UHGV virus genome: UHGV-0171044
Origin: a virus
DNA length: 36,457 nt
Reading direction: 5' to 3' (one strand)
Made by a program: the position numbers and the translations under genes. This document shows, one piece after another, positions 9,560-18,633 of this stretch (the stretch's first letter is position 1; each line of letters opens with the position of its first letter). The notes under the pieces are model-generated. The model ran no database searches and was not told the DNA's origin. It saw only the letters and a list, made by a program, of their open reading frames with translations.

Positions 9560-9667
9560 ATGAAATCAAAAATCAAATCGCTACTGGTCGCTGGTTATAA
9601 CCACGGCTGGTTAAGTATTTCGTTTGTCGATTTCTGGTTTAAAAATCTCAATCTGAGGGAATCATGA
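9560..9667 (+). CDS. hypothetical 35-aa ORF coupled to the helicase start
   Basis: ATG after AGGTGA; its stop overlaps the primase-helicase ATG as ATGA; hand-translated, could be spurious. Confidence 0.25.
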   Translation: MKSKIKSLLVAGYNHGWLSISFVDFWFKNLNLRES

Positions 9668-11544
9668 CACCAAGTGAACTTAGCGACCTGCTTTGGGCGC
9701 AGGTTGACAGGGTGGCTCCTCACCTGTTGCCAAACGGCAAGAAAGAGGGGCATGAGTGGGTTGCCGGTAACGTCAACGGTGACAAGGGAAACAGCCTTAA
9801 GGTCAACATTAGCGGCAAGAAAAAATGGGCTGATTTCGCTGAGGGAGACGGCGGTGACATGCTTGATTTGTGGATGGCATGTCGTGGAATTAACCTGCAT
9901 CAGGCTATGCAGGAAGCGAAAGCATTTCTCGGTATCAAGGATGACGATCACCATTTCGATGCCAGACGTGAGAAGAAATTCTCCAGACCTGATCGCAAGA
10001 AAATCGCCCGCTACGTTACCAGAACAGAATCCCATCTTGAGTACCTGCAATCGCGTGGCATATCGCCAGAAGTCGTAAAGCGCTACGAGGTTGTCTGCGG
10101 AAAGGTGTGGAATGGAGAACGAGAACTGGATGCTCTGGTGCTTCCGTACAAACGCGATGGTGAGTTGTTGCAGGTCAAGCGAATCAGCACTGAGCGCCCT
10201 GACGGGAAGAAAGTCATTATGGCAGAAGGTGATTGCGAACCTTGTCTGTTCGGATGGCAGGCTCTGGACGCAGGCGTGAGGGCGGTTGTACTTTGCGAAG
10301 GCGAAATTGATTGTATGAGCTATGCGCAATACGGCATCTCGGCGTTATCCGTGCCGTTTGGTGGCGGGAAAGGCGCTAAGCAACAGTGGATTGAGTTTGA
10401 GTATCACAACCTCGACAGGTTTGAGGAAATATTCATCTCGATGGACGTTGATGATGTTGGTCGTGAAGCCGCAAGGGAAATCGCAAGCCGACTCGGTGAA
10501 CATCGTTGCCGTCTTGTTACTCTGCCGTACAAAGACATCAACGAATGCCTGATGAACGGTGTTACCGAGGATGAAATCTGGCAGTACATCGGCACGGCAT
10601 CCTACTTCGATCCTGAAGAACTCTACAGCGCGCGAGAGTTTTACCAGGACACTATCAACGCTTTCTACGGCAAGCAGCAGTATCTGTTTAATCCACCGTG
10701 GGAATCTCTGGCAGATAAATTCCAGTTCCGTGAGGCAGAGTTGACGCTGGTCAATGGTGTGAACGGTCACGGAAAAACGGAGGTTGTCGGGCATATGGCA
10801 CTTGAGGCAATGCGTCAGGGTGTGAAGACATGCATCGCGTCACTTGAGCTGAAGCCTGGTATTCTCCTTAAGCGCCTTACCCGTCAGGCGACGTGCTGCA
10901 AGATGCCGCCAGTGCTGGAAATTGACTCTGCATTTAAATTTTATGACGAAAGACTTTGGGTGTTTGGCCTGACCGGAACAGCGAAAGCCGACAGGCTGAT
11001 CGAAATATTCGACTACGCTCGCCGCCGATACGGGATCCAGTTATTCATCATCGACAGCCTGATGAAATGTGGCATAGGCGACGATGACTATAACGGGCAG
11101 AAGGCGTTTGTCGACTCGATTTGCGACTTCAAAAACAAAACAAACTCCCACGTCATTCTCGTTACTCACTCGCGAAAAGGAGACAGCGAAGAAAAACCAA
11201 CCGGGAAAATGGACGTAAAAGGCTCTGGAGCGATAACAGACCTGACAGACAACCTTTTTATCATCTGGCGTAACAAGGCTCGCGAGAGAGCGTTACAGAG
11301 AGTTCAGAGTGGTGAAAAGATGTCAGAGAAGGACGAACAGCTACTGGCATCTCCTGCATCTGTTTTGATGCTTGAAAAACAACGTAACGGCGAAGGTTGG
11401 GAAGGTGGTGTCCCGTTGTTCCTTGACGAGCAATCGCACCAGTTCCTGCAACTTGAATCAGGATCGCCATATAGCTACATCGCCAATATGCCGAAATCGG
11501 AATATGACGAGGCGTGGCGACAGGAAAACGTGACGGAGTATTAA
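9664..11544 (+). CDS. bifunctional DNA primase-helicase (Cys-free N-terminal domain, Toprim, P-loop helicase domain)
   Basis: Toprim-like EGEIDCMS and Walker A GVNGHGKTE followed by Walker B-like IIDSL; N-terminal domain lacks the zinc-binding cysteines. Confidence 0.85.
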   Translation: MTPSELSDLLWAQVDRVAPHLLPNGKKEGHEWVAGNVNGDKGNSLKVNISGKKKWADFAEGDGGDMLDLWMACRGINLHQAMQEAKAFLGIKDDDHHFDARREKKFSRPDRKKIARYVTRTESHLEYLQSRGISPEVVKRYEVVCGKVWNGERELDALVLPYKRDGELLQVKRISTERPDGKKVIMAEGDCEPCLFGWQALDAGVRAVVLCEGEIDCMSYAQYGISALSVPFGGGKGAKQQWIEFEYHNLDRFEEIFISMDVDDVGREAAREIASRLGEHRCRLVTLPYKDINECLMNGVTEDEIWQYIGTASYFDPEELYSAREFYQDTINAFYGKQQYLFNPPWESLADKFQFREAELTLVNGVNGHGKTEVVGHMALEAMRQGVKTCIASLELKPGILLKRLTRQATCCKMPPVLEIDSAFKFYDERLWVFGLTGTAKADRLIEIFDYARRRYGIQLFIIDSLMKCGIGDDDYNGQKAFVDSICDFKNKTNSHVILVTHSRKGDSEEKPTGKMDVKGSGAITDLTDNLFIIWRNKARERALQRVQSGEKMSEKDEQLLASPASVLMLEKQRNGEGWEGGVPLFLDEQSHQFLQLESGSPYSYIANMPKSEYDEAWRQENVTEY

Positions 11545-11620
11545 ATGACCATCTACATCACTGAGCTAATAACAGGCCTGCTGGTAATCGCAGGCCTTTT
11601 TATTTGGGGGAGAGTAAATC

Positions 11621-11827
11621 GTGGCTGAGTTTATGCTCGTCGCACTCAAATGCGTTGGCGTTGGATGGATTCTTCTGACGTTTTTTATTGTTCTGCATAG
11701 CTACATTCGTCTTGTGAATGACGGTAAAGACCCATGGTATACGTTGTTTGGCGCTGCATTTGTCTGGGTGATTATCGGTGTTATGCCTGTCGCTGTAGCA
11801 AAAATGGCGTGGCGTTTTGTGAGTTAA
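11621..11827 (+). CDS. hypothetical small membrane protein
   Basis: two predicted transmembrane segments; GTG start after a GGGGGAGAG RBS. Confidence 0.45.
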   Translation: MAEFMLVALKCVGVGWILLTFFIVLHSYIRLVNDGKDPWYTLFGAAFVWVIIGVMPVAVAKMAWRFVS

Positions 11828-11839
11828 GCGGAGGTAAAC

Positions 11840-12166
11840 GTGGCTGACTGGCAAATTCCAATCATCATTCTTGCCGGAGCTTCGCTGGTTGCTGGCTTTA
11901 TCCTGCTGAAGAAGCATAAAGACCGTGATCAAAAAGTCGAAGTTCTCTATGGGTATCCAGCGAACAGCACAACATGGCTGACCATTTACCACTACCGAAA
12001 ATCAGGCCGCTGGGTATTCGAATGGGATGATCTGTTCGCTGAAAAGCGACCAAAGTCATGGGGAGACATCAGCGAATGCATGATGTTTGAAGAAAGAAAA
12101 TCCGGCGCAACCCGAGAAGAGTTTAACGAAGCGTGGGCGCGATTAAGTGAGAGAGGGTATTTGTGA
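11840..12166 (+). CDS. hypothetical membrane-anchored protein
   Basis: N-terminal transmembrane helix; GTG start after a GGAGG RBS. Confidence 0.5.
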   Translation: MADWQIPIIILAGASLVAGFILLKKHKDRDQKVEVLYGYPANSTTWLTIYHYRKSGRWVFEWDDLFAEKRPKSWGDISECMMFEERKSGATREEFNEAWARLSERGYL

Positions 12167-12363
12167 GCAAGTACGAAAAATTAGATCAAAACATTCTTTC
12201 AATGCTGAGTGAAAGACCAACACCTGTTTTTGATATCTGGCTTAAATGGCGGAGCAATGGAATGTATATCGAAACCATCGATCGTCGTATGCAATACCTG
12301 AGAAAGAAAGGGCTTGTTGCAAATGTGCGTGGGAAGGGTTGGGTGAAAATTAACCTGTCATAA
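12163..12363 (+). CDS. hypothetical small protein
   Basis: GTG start overlapping the upstream stop as GTGA. Confidence 0.45.
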   Translation: MSKYEKLDQNILSMLSERPTPVFDIWLKWRSNGMYIETIDRRMQYLRKKGLVANVRGKGWVKINLS

Positions 12364-12374
12364 CGGGGATTGAT

Positions 12375-12689
12375 ATGGACGAATCAAGAAAGCAGTTTGA
12401 AGAATACGTTGCCAAAAAATTGAGATTACCATTCGAGATGATAACCGAGGCCAGAAATGGTGATAGGTACTTCGCATTTTCAAGTATGGATATTCGTCAC
12501 TCCTTAAATGAGTGGTGGACTTTATGGCAGGCATCGCGAGCAGCTATTGAAATAACCGCGCCAAAGTTTATCGACAGCAGAGAAGCATTAGCCAAAGGGT
12601 TTACTGTTGATTATTCCAATGGATTCGGTGATGGAATGGATGCTTATGAGGAAAACATCCGCGCTGCTGGAATCAAAGTGAAGGAGTGA
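12375..12689 (+). CDS. hypothetical protein
   Basis: 104-aa ORF, ATG preceded by a G-rich RBS. Confidence 0.5.
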   Translation: MDESRKQFEEYVAKKLRLPFEMITEARNGDRYFAFSSMDIRHSLNEWWTLWQASRAAIEITAPKFIDSREALAKGFTVDYSNGFGDGMDAYEENIRAAGIKVKE

Positions 12690-12691
12690 GC

Positions 12692-12877
12692 ATGAGTCGA
12701 CGAAGTAGCTTTTTGGGGTTTGTAATATTCCTGTCCTGCACTGGTTACATCGTAATCTGGTCAATTTCGAACATTGACCGTGGCGGGGAATATCTCATTG
12801 TAATGTTCTTTCCTTTGTTTCTTGGGTGGTACGCCGCAAGGTTGCTGGAAGAATGGGGTTACAGGCATAAAAAATAA
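12692..12877 (+). CDS. hypothetical small membrane protein
   Basis: ATG 5 nt after AAGGAG; two hydrophobic helices. Confidence 0.45.
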   Translation: MSRRSSFLGFVIFLSCTGYIVIWSISNIDRGGEYLIVMFFPLFLGWYAARLLEEWGYRHKK

Positions 12878-12888
12878 AGGAGTGTTCA

Positions 12889-13299
12889 GTGAAGCAAACA
12901 ATATTCCTCCGAACTAAGCAACAACAGCAAGCCGCAATCAACGCCATCCTCGCAACACCACTCGATAAAGACAAGCCAGTCACCATCCGCATTACTGACT
13001 ACAAGCGCAACCTTGACCAGAACGCAAAATTTCACGCGATGCTGGCGGATATCGCTCGTCAGGTTCAATGGTGCGGCAAATGGTTAAAACCAGAACAATG
13101 GAAGGTTTTGTTGATCAGCGGTCATGCAGTGGCAACAAAGCAGGAAGCTGATGTTTTGCCCGGGCTTGAAGGCGAATACGTCAACATTCGCGAAAGCAGC
13201 GCGCAGATGAGTGTGAAGCGTATGGCAAGTCTGATTGAGTACACGACAGCATGGGCTATTGGTCAGGGTGTCAGATTTACCGACAGGAGGTACGAATGA
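12889..13299 (+). CDS. ninB: NinB recombination protein
   Basis: resembles lambda NinB ([13 protein letters not shown] ... QVQWCGKWL); GTG start after AAGGAG. Confidence 0.85.
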   Translation: MKQTIFLRTKQQQQAAINAILATPLDKDKPVTIRITDYKRNLDQNAKFHAMLADIARQVQWCGKWLKPEQWKVLLISGHAVATKQEADVLPGLEGEYVNIRESSAQMSVKRMASLIEYTTAWAIGQGVRFTDRRYE

Positions 13300-13472
13300 G
13301 ACGACAGCGACGAAGTATCACCGACATCATCTGCGAAAACTGCAAATACCTTCCAACGAAACGCTCCAGAAATAAACGCAAGCCAATCCCAAAAGAATCT
13401 GACGTAAAAACCTTCAATTACACGGCTCACCTGTGGGATATCCGGTGGCTAAGACATCGTGCGAGGAAATGA
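13296..13472 (+). CDS. ninE: NinE
   Basis: [52 protein letters not shown] matches lambda NinE; ATGA overlap with ninB. Confidence 0.8.
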   Translation: MRRQRRSITDIICENCKYLPTKRSRNKRKPIPKESDVKTFNYTAHLWDIRWLRHRARK

Positions 13473-13474
13473 CA

Positions 13475-13828
13475 ATGGATTATTCACAGTTAAGTGATTT
13501 TGAAATTAACAGAATGGTAGGAGACATAATTTTTAAAGGCCTTTGGGCATGTAAACCGGAAACATCAGGGAATAACACCAACAAATGGTATTACGGAAAT
13601 GCTGATACAACTTTTGAGCCATTAAACCCTTTACCTGACTACTGCAATGATCCTAGCGCCTCATGGCCGATTATTGAGAAGTACAGGATTAGCATTATCA
13701 ATCTCGATGAAGACGAGTGGGGTGCACGTGGTGTGGCCGACTGTAAATCTAAGCGAGCTATACATGAAAATTCCCTCCGCGCCGCCATGATTGTCTTTCT
13801 CATGATGCAGGACGCCAATAATGCTTAG
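13475..13828 (+). CDS. hypothetical nin-region protein
   Basis: 117-aa ORF; second ATG chosen for its spacing from GAGGAA. Confidence 0.5.
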   Translation: MDYSQLSDFEINRMVGDIIFKGLWACKPETSGNNTNKWYYGNADTTFEPLNPLPDYCNDPSASWPIIEKYRISIINLDEDEWGARGVADCKSKRAIHENSLRAAMIVFLMMQDANNA

Positions 13829-13997
13829 CCCATCCCAATCCATTCAATACCAGAAAGAAAGCGTCGAGCGGGCTTTAACGTGCGCTAACTGCGGTCAGAA
13901 GCTGCATGTGCTGGAAGTTCACGTGTGTGAGCACTGCTGCGCAGAACTGATGAGCGATCCGAATAGCTCAATGTACGAGGAAGAAGACGATGATTGA
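13821..13997 (+). CDS. ninF: NinF (Cys-rich)
   Basis: hand translation MLSPSQSIQYQKESVERALTCANCGQKLHVLEVHVCEHCCAELMSDPNSSMYEEEDDD matches lambda NinF; below the track size cutoff. Confidence 0.75.
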   Translation: MLSPSQSIQYQKESVERALTCANCGQKLHVLEVHVCEHCCAELMSDPNSSMYEEEDDD

Positions 13998-14202
13998 TTA
14001 CCTGAAATGGTATCTCTGCCACCGCTGGTTAATTAAGTTTGCTGTAAAAGACTGGATGACAGCGGATGCCAACAAGCTTAAACAACGAAAGGACTATTAC
14101 TACGCCAGAATGAAGGAAAACTACTGCTCAATTCGCACTCGCATATTTATTAAAAAAGACCTTCAGTCAATTCTTCAATTGCGAGGGAAGGTAAATGGCT
14201 AA
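13990..14202 (+). CDS. hypothetical small protein
   Basis: 70-aa ORF overlapping ninF by 8 nt. Confidence 0.4.
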   Translation: MIDYLKWYLCHRWLIKFAVKDWMTADANKLKQRKDYYYARMKENYCSIRTRIFIKKDLQSILQLRGKVNG

Positions 14203-14485
14203 CCTACGCAAAGAAGCGCGCGGCAGAGAATGCCAGGTACGTATTTACGGCGTATGCAATGGTAATCCTGAAACTACAGTTCTGGCACATTACCGGATGG
14301 CTGGAATTTGCGGAACGGGAATGAAGCCTGACGACCTGATCGGCGCATGGGCTTGTAGTGACTGCCACGCGGAGATCGACCGACGCACCCATAATCTCGA
14401 CAACAAAGACGCCAGACTTTACCACCTCGAAGGCGTGATCAGGACGCAGGCGATACTGCTGAAGGAGGGGAAGATTAAGTCATGA
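14195..14485 (+). CDS. YbcO-like (DUF1364) putative nuclease
   Basis: RGRECQVRIYGVCNGNPETTVLAHYR ... CSDCHAEIDRR resembles E. coli DLP12 YbcO. Confidence 0.7.
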   Translation: MANLRKEARGRECQVRIYGVCNGNPETTVLAHYRMAGICGTGMKPDDLIGAWACSDCHAEIDRRTHNLDNKDARLYHLEGVIRTQAILLKEGKIKS

Positions 14486-14844
14486 ACGAATATCAGTTTG
14501 TGCTTCCGTACCCACCGTCGCTGAACACCTACTGGCGAAGACGGGGAAACCAATACTACATCAGCGATAAAGGCCAGAAATACCGAAAAGACGTTCAGCA
14601 AATCATCCGCCAACTCAAGTTAGACATTTTCACCAAATCACGACTCCGCATCAAAGTCATCGCAGACGTTCCAGACTCCCGCCGCCGCGACCTCGACAAC
14701 ATCCTGAAAGGTTTACTCGACTCCCTTATCCACGCCGGATTTGCGGAAGACGACGAGCAATTCGATGACATTCGCGTAATTCGTGGTGTGAAAGTACCAG
14801 GCGGAAGGCTTGGAATAAAAATCACCGAACTGGAGAACGCATGA
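14482..14844 (+). CDS. rusA: RusA Holliday-junction resolvase
   Basis: RusA-family sequence (PYPPSLNTYWRRRG ... RRRDLDN ... GGRLGIKITE). Confidence 0.85.
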   Translation: MNEYQFVLPYPPSLNTYWRRRGNQYYISDKGQKYRKDVQQIIRQLKLDIFTKSRLRIKVIADVPDSRRRDLDNILKGLLDSLIHAGFAEDDEQFDDIRVIRGVKVPGGRLGIKITELENA

Positions 14845-15029
14845 ACGCCACAATTCAAACGATACCAGAGCTTCTTATCCAGACACGAGGCAATCAGACC
14901 GAAGTGGCAAGGATGCTTTCCTGCGCAAGAGGAACAGTGCTCAAGTACAACCGAGACAGCAAAGGCGAGCGTCACGTAATAGTTAACGGCGTCCTGATGG
15001 TCAAACAGGGCAAGAGGGGAAGACGATGA
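14841..15029 (+). CDS. ninH: NinH
   Basis: YGNQTEVARMLSCARGTVLKY ... IVNGVLMV resembles lambda NinH. Confidence 0.75.
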   Translation: MNATIQTIPELLIQTRGNQTEVARMLSCARGTVLKYNRDSKGERHVIVNGVLMVKQGKRGRR

Positions 15030-15544
15030 GCATAAGAGAACTAAACCTCACCAAAGAACAGCACGATTGGCTGAATGGCTGGCTTGAACTGTGGGGCGCA
15101 TGGGTTTATTCAGGCCGCCTGGAAAAGCGCATGAGCAGCGTAATAGCGAAGTTCATGGAGAGCGTAGAGCCGGGAAGAGTTATGACAAGGCCAATGTGTA
15201 ATGATGATGATGGAATGTTGATTTCTCAGGTCGTCGATTCCGTCATGTACATTGACAAGAAAGCCTTTGGCATCCTCCTCAGCTACTACGCTCATGGTTC
15301 ATCTAAGCGAGCAATTGCATCCTACTATCACGCGACTGCAAAGCCACGCAAGATGTGTGGGCGTGGTGGCGAGGGATGGAGAAAACCTTCACTGGCAACC
15401 TGTAGAAACGAAATTGACGATATCCTGAAAGCGTCATTATTTGTTTTGTACCAACCAATGCAAAATGCTTTCAAAATGCGTAAACGTGTTGAGAAAGTTA
15501 AGCATGTTGCTGTTAAAAGTCTTGACATGCAATTATCCATTTAG
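15026..15544 (+). CDS. Q: late antiterminator Q (phage 21/82, QuuD-like type)
   Basis: LELWGAWVYSG ... RPMCNDDDGMLISQVVDSV resembles the QuuD-type Q family; immediately upstream of pR'/tR'. Confidence 0.8.
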   Translation: MSIRELNLTKEQHDWLNGWLELWGAWVYSGRLEKRMSSVIAKFMESVEPGRVMTRPMCNDDDGMLISQVVDSVMYIDKKAFGILLSYYAHGSSKRAIASYYHATAKPRKMCGRGGEGWRKPSLATCRNEIDDILKASLFVLYQPMQNAFKMRKRVEKVKHVAVKSLDMQLSI

Positions 15545-15551
15545 CCATAAT
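15522..15551 (+). promoter_or_regulatory. late promoter pR'
   Basis: TTGACA, 18-bp spacer, CATAAT at the 3' end of Q. Confidence 0.6.
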
Positions 15552-15560
15552 TAGAAGGTA

Positions 15561-15607
15561 AGCTGCCGTTAGTGACTCTTAAGTTGCAACGGTGGCTTTT
15601 TTTATTT
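15561..15607 (+). terminator. tR' terminator
   Basis: stem AGCUGCCGUU / AACGGUGGCU followed by TTTTTTTATTT. Confidence 0.6.
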
Positions 15608-15682
15608 GGGTCAGTCGTATAAAGGTCATTACGGAAGGCTGTTAACCTTCTTATCGTGGTTCGAGCCCACGCTGTCCCGCCA
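15608..15682 (+). tRNA. tRNA-Asn (anticodon GTT), folded by hand
   Basis: acceptor GGGTCAG/CTGTCCC (one T-T mismatch), anticodon stem GAAGG/CCTTC with loop CTGTTAA, T-arm CGTGG-TTCGAGC-CCACG, genomic CCA. Confidence 0.55.
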
Positions 15683-15687
15683 AACAT

Positions 15688-15763
15688 GCTGGTTTAGCTC
15701 CAATGGTAGAGCAGTCGCCTTGTAAGCGAATGGGTAGCGGTTCAAGTCCGTTAACCAGCACCA
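15688..15763 (+). tRNA. tRNA-Thr (anticodon TGT), folded by hand
   Basis: acceptor GCTGGTT/AACCAGC, D-arm GCTC-CAATGGTA-GAGC, anticodon loop CTTGTAA, T-arm AGCGG-TTCAAGT-CCGTT, genomic CCA. Confidence 0.7.
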
Positions 15764-15880
15764 TAACTGAGCCGTAGCCACTGGCTATCCTGAATTCATC
15801 AGTGATAGTTATGCTGCGGCCTTCTTTTTCCCCTTCCCAATATAAGAACTACGCAATCCGTTACTGGCGGAGGCGTTGCT

Positions 15881-16096
15881 ATGAAATCAATGGACAAAAT
15901 CTCAACTGGCATTGCCTACGGAACATCTGCTGGTAGTGCGGGATACTGGTTTTTGCAGTGGTTGGATCAGGTCAGTCCGTCACAGTGGGCTGCGATTGGA
16001 GTGCTTGGAAGCCTTGTGTTGGGTTTTCTCACTTATCTGACAAATCTGTATTTCAAAATCAGAGAAGACAGACGAAAGGCTGCGAGAGGTGAATAA
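15881..16096 (+). CDS. S: class II holin / pinholin (S21-like) with dual-start motif
   Basis: matches phage 21 S ([49 protein letters not shown]); Met1 and Met4 dual start. Confidence 0.9.
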   Translation: MKSMDKISTGIAYGTSAGSAGYWFLQWLDQVSPSQWAAIGVLGSLVLGFLTYLTNLYFKIREDRRKAARGE

Positions 16097-16593
16097 TGCC
16101 TCCATCATTACGAAAAGCCGTTGCTGCTGCTATTGGTGGCGGGGCTATTGCCATAGCATCTGTGTTAATCACTGGCCCAAGTGGTAACGATGGTCTGGAA
16201 GGTGTTAGCTACATACCATACAAAGATATTGTTGGTGTATGGACTGTATGTCACGGACACACCGGAAAAGACATCATGCTCGGTAAAACGTATACCGAAG
16301 CAGAATGCAAAGCCCTCCTGAATAAAGACCTTGCCACGGTCGCCAGACAAATTAACCCGTACATCAAAGTCGATATACCGGAAACAACGCGCGGCGCTCT
16401 TTATTCGTTCGTCTATAACGTGGGCGCAGGCAATTTCAGAACATCGACGCTTCTTCGCAAAATCAACCAGGGCGATATCAAGGGCGCATGTGACCAGCTA
16501 CGTCGCTGGACATACGCTGGCGGTAAGCAATGGAAAGGGCTGATGACTCGCCGTGAGATTGAGCGTGAAGTCTGTTTGTGGGGGCAGCAATGA
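16096..16593 (+). CDS. R: SAR endolysin (lysozyme with N-terminal signal-anchor-release domain)
   Basis: Gly/Ala-rich N-terminal SAR helix ([20 protein letters not shown]) plus lysozyme domain; start overlaps the holin stop. Confidence 0.9.
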   Translation: MPPSLRKAVAAAIGGGAIAIASVLITGPSGNDGLEGVSYIPYKDIVGVWTVCHGHTGKDIMLGKTYTEAECKALLNKDLATVARQINPYIKVDIPETTRGALYSFVYNVGAGNFRTSTLLRKINQGDIKGACDQLRRWTYAGGKQWKGLMTRREIEREVCLWGQQ

Positions 16594-17027
16594 GCAGAGT
16601 AACCGCGATTATCTCCGCTCTGGTTATCTGCATCATCGTCTGCCTGTCATGGGCTGTTAATCATTACCGTGATAACGCCATCGCCTACAAAGAGCAGCGC
16701 GATAAGGCCGCATCCATCATTGCTGACATGCAGAAGCGTCAACGTGATGTAGCAGAACTCGACGCCAGATATACAAAGGAACTTGCTGATGCTAACGCGA
16801 CTATCGAAAGTCTCCGTGCTGATGTTTCTGCTGGTCGTAAGCGCCTGCAAGTCGCCGCCACCTGTGCAAAGTCAACGACCGGAGCCAGCAGCATGGGCGA
16901 TGGAGAAAGCCCAAGACTTACAGCAGATGCTGAACTCAATTATTACCGTCTCCGAAGTGGAATCGACAGGATAACCGCGCAGGTTAACTACTTGCAGGAG
17001 TACATCAGGACGCAATGCCTTCGATGA
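16590..17027 (+). CDS. Rz: Rz i-spanin
   Basis: N-terminal transmembrane helix then coiled coil; ATGA overlap with the endolysin stop. Confidence 0.85.
   Translation: MSRVTAIISALVICIIVCLSWAVNHYRDNAIAYKEQRDKAASIIADMQKRQRDVAELDARYTKELADANATIESLRADVSAGRKRLQVAATCAKSTTGASSMGDGESPRLTADAELNYYRLRSGIDRITAQVNYLQEYIRTQCLR
16789..16974 (+). CDS. Rz1: Rz1 o-spanin lipoprotein, embedded in Rz in the +1 frame
   Basis: lipobox LLVVSAC followed by a Pro-rich segment; nested entirely inside Rz. Confidence 0.7.
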   Translation: MLTRLSKVSVLMFLLVVSACKSPPPVQSQRPEPAAWAMEKAQDLQQMLNSIITVSEVESTG

Positions 17028-17463
17028 TAGCGATAATTTTACTCATCATCCTTCACATCTGGCTCTGTAGACAGGGTGGTGATCACTTCTGGAGTGAATC
17101 CAGATTAAACATCTCATTGCTGATGCTTGAAGTTAAGCATATGGCGCGCGGTAAGGGGCTGCGTTGAGATAAGAGCCGGTTCATTCCAAAGCCCATCTAC
17201 GGGTGGGCTTGATAATGAAACCGTGATTTACATCCCCACAATCCGGGTATGTAAAAGATAGTTCAGGCGAGAACAGATTTAACTAAATCTGTGCACCACC
17301 AGTTACGGCAGTACAGCGAAACAACCCAAGCCAGTAAGTGGGGAAATAACACTGGCAGCCACTGAAAGATGAACCTCCAGCCTTATGGCAAAAAAGATTC
17401 TTTGTGGTGGCGGACTGATGGAAAGACATCCTAATAAAGCAACCACTCTACAGGGTCATAATT

Positions 17464-17844
17464 ATGAACGACCAGCAAATCGAAAAAGAAATCGTTGAAA
17501 AAGGCAAAACAGCCCCGCGAATCACTCCTCAGCACATCGAAGACGTGATTAAAAGCGAGCATTACTTTACTGCTTATGATGGACGTAATGGTGCCATTTC
17601 CAGCAACGAATATTGTGGAAGAGAAAAACCAGAAGAAGGCGATCGTGATTTATCACCATTGAAGTTGCTCACTTTCTGCGTACTGGTGCTGAAGAATGGC
17701 TTCACCGTTACCGGAGAGAGTGCCTGTGCAAGCCCGGAAAACTTTGATGCAGAAATTGGTCGGAAGATTGCCCGGCAGAATGCTGTAAACAAAATCTGGA
17801 TGCTCGAAGGTTACTTGCTGAAGCAGAAGCTAAGCGAACAGTAG
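17464..17844 (+). CDS. hypothetical protein
   Basis: 126-aa ORF upstream of the terminase genes; no family assigned. Confidence 0.5.
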   Translation: MNDQQIEKEIVEKGKTAPRITPQHIEDVIKSEHYFTAYDGRNGAISSNEYCGREKPEEGDRDLSPLKLLTFCVLVLKNGFTVTGESACASPENFDAEIGRKIARQNAVNKIWMLEGYLLKQKLSEQ

Positions 17845-17947
17845 TTATTACAAAAGCCATTCCCTACAGAGTGGCTTTGATAATGGCTTATACCCTACAC
17901 GGGATAACTTAACTGATATCCCTTTTAACGGATAAACGGAGCCAACA

Positions 17948-18190
17948 ATGGCAGAGATTATTCCCATGACTGAAGAACAGAAATTCCAGTTAGAGATTTA
18001 CAAGCTGGTCATGAACCAGAACGCAGCAGCAGAGGAAGCATTTCAGTTCATTGGCACTGACGAGCTGAAGCTTGAGCTATTCAAAATTCACTTCCAGTCA
18101 GGTGGCGCTAATTCAGATATCACGACCCGAACTATCGAAGCGGTGCGTAAATCGAAGGAAGCGTTAGACCTGTTCACCACCGGAGCATAA
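17948..18190 (+). CDS. hypothetical protein
   Basis: 80-aa ORF immediately upstream of terS. Confidence 0.5.
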   Translation: MAEIIPMTEEQKFQLEIYKLVMNQNAAAEEAFQFIGTDELKLELFKIHFQSGGANSDITTRTIEAVRKSKEALDLFTTGA

Positions 18191-18192
18191 AC

Positions 18193-18633
18193 ATGGCGCG
18201 CCCAACAAAGTATCAAGAGGCGTATGCCGAACAGGCACGCAAACTGTGCTTGCTGGGCTACACCGATGCAGAACTTGCTGATTTCTTTGAAGTCAGTGAG
18301 TCAACTATTAACAAGTGGAAGCTTGATTATCCTAAGTTTTCGGAGTCCATAAAAAAGGGTAAGGCCGTCGCTGATGCAGAAGTTAGTGACCGTCTTTATC
18401 AACGTGCTATGGGCTTCGTGGCTCCAGACATCGATATTCGTGTTATTGAAAACAGAATTGTCGAAACTCCGCTTGAGAAGTATTACCCGCCTGATACAAC
18501 CGCTGCCATCTTCTGGCTTAAGAATCGACAGAAGGATAAATGGCGCGACAAGGTTGATCATGAGCTAACAGGCAAAGACGGCGGCGCAATCCAGATTGAA
18601 ACATCACCGATGAGCACTCTGTTCGGAAAATGA
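18193..18633 (+). CDS. terS: terminase small subunit
   Basis: C-terminus TGKDGGAIQIETSPMSTLFGK matches Sf6-type small terminase as recalled; N-terminal HTH-like segment; overlaps terL start. Confidence 0.8.
   Translation: MARPTKYQEAYAEQARKLCLLGYTDAELADFFEVSESTINKWKLDYPKFSESIKKGKAVADAEVSDRLYQRAMGFVAPDIDIRVIENRIVETPLEKYYPPDTTAAIFWLKNRQKDKWRDKVDHELTGKDGGAIQIETSPMSTLFGK

Noticed and set aside
9595-10329. 244-aa minus-strand ORF
   Set aside because: Lies antisense inside the primase-helicase gene, which has clear Toprim and Walker motifs; no RBS or operon context.
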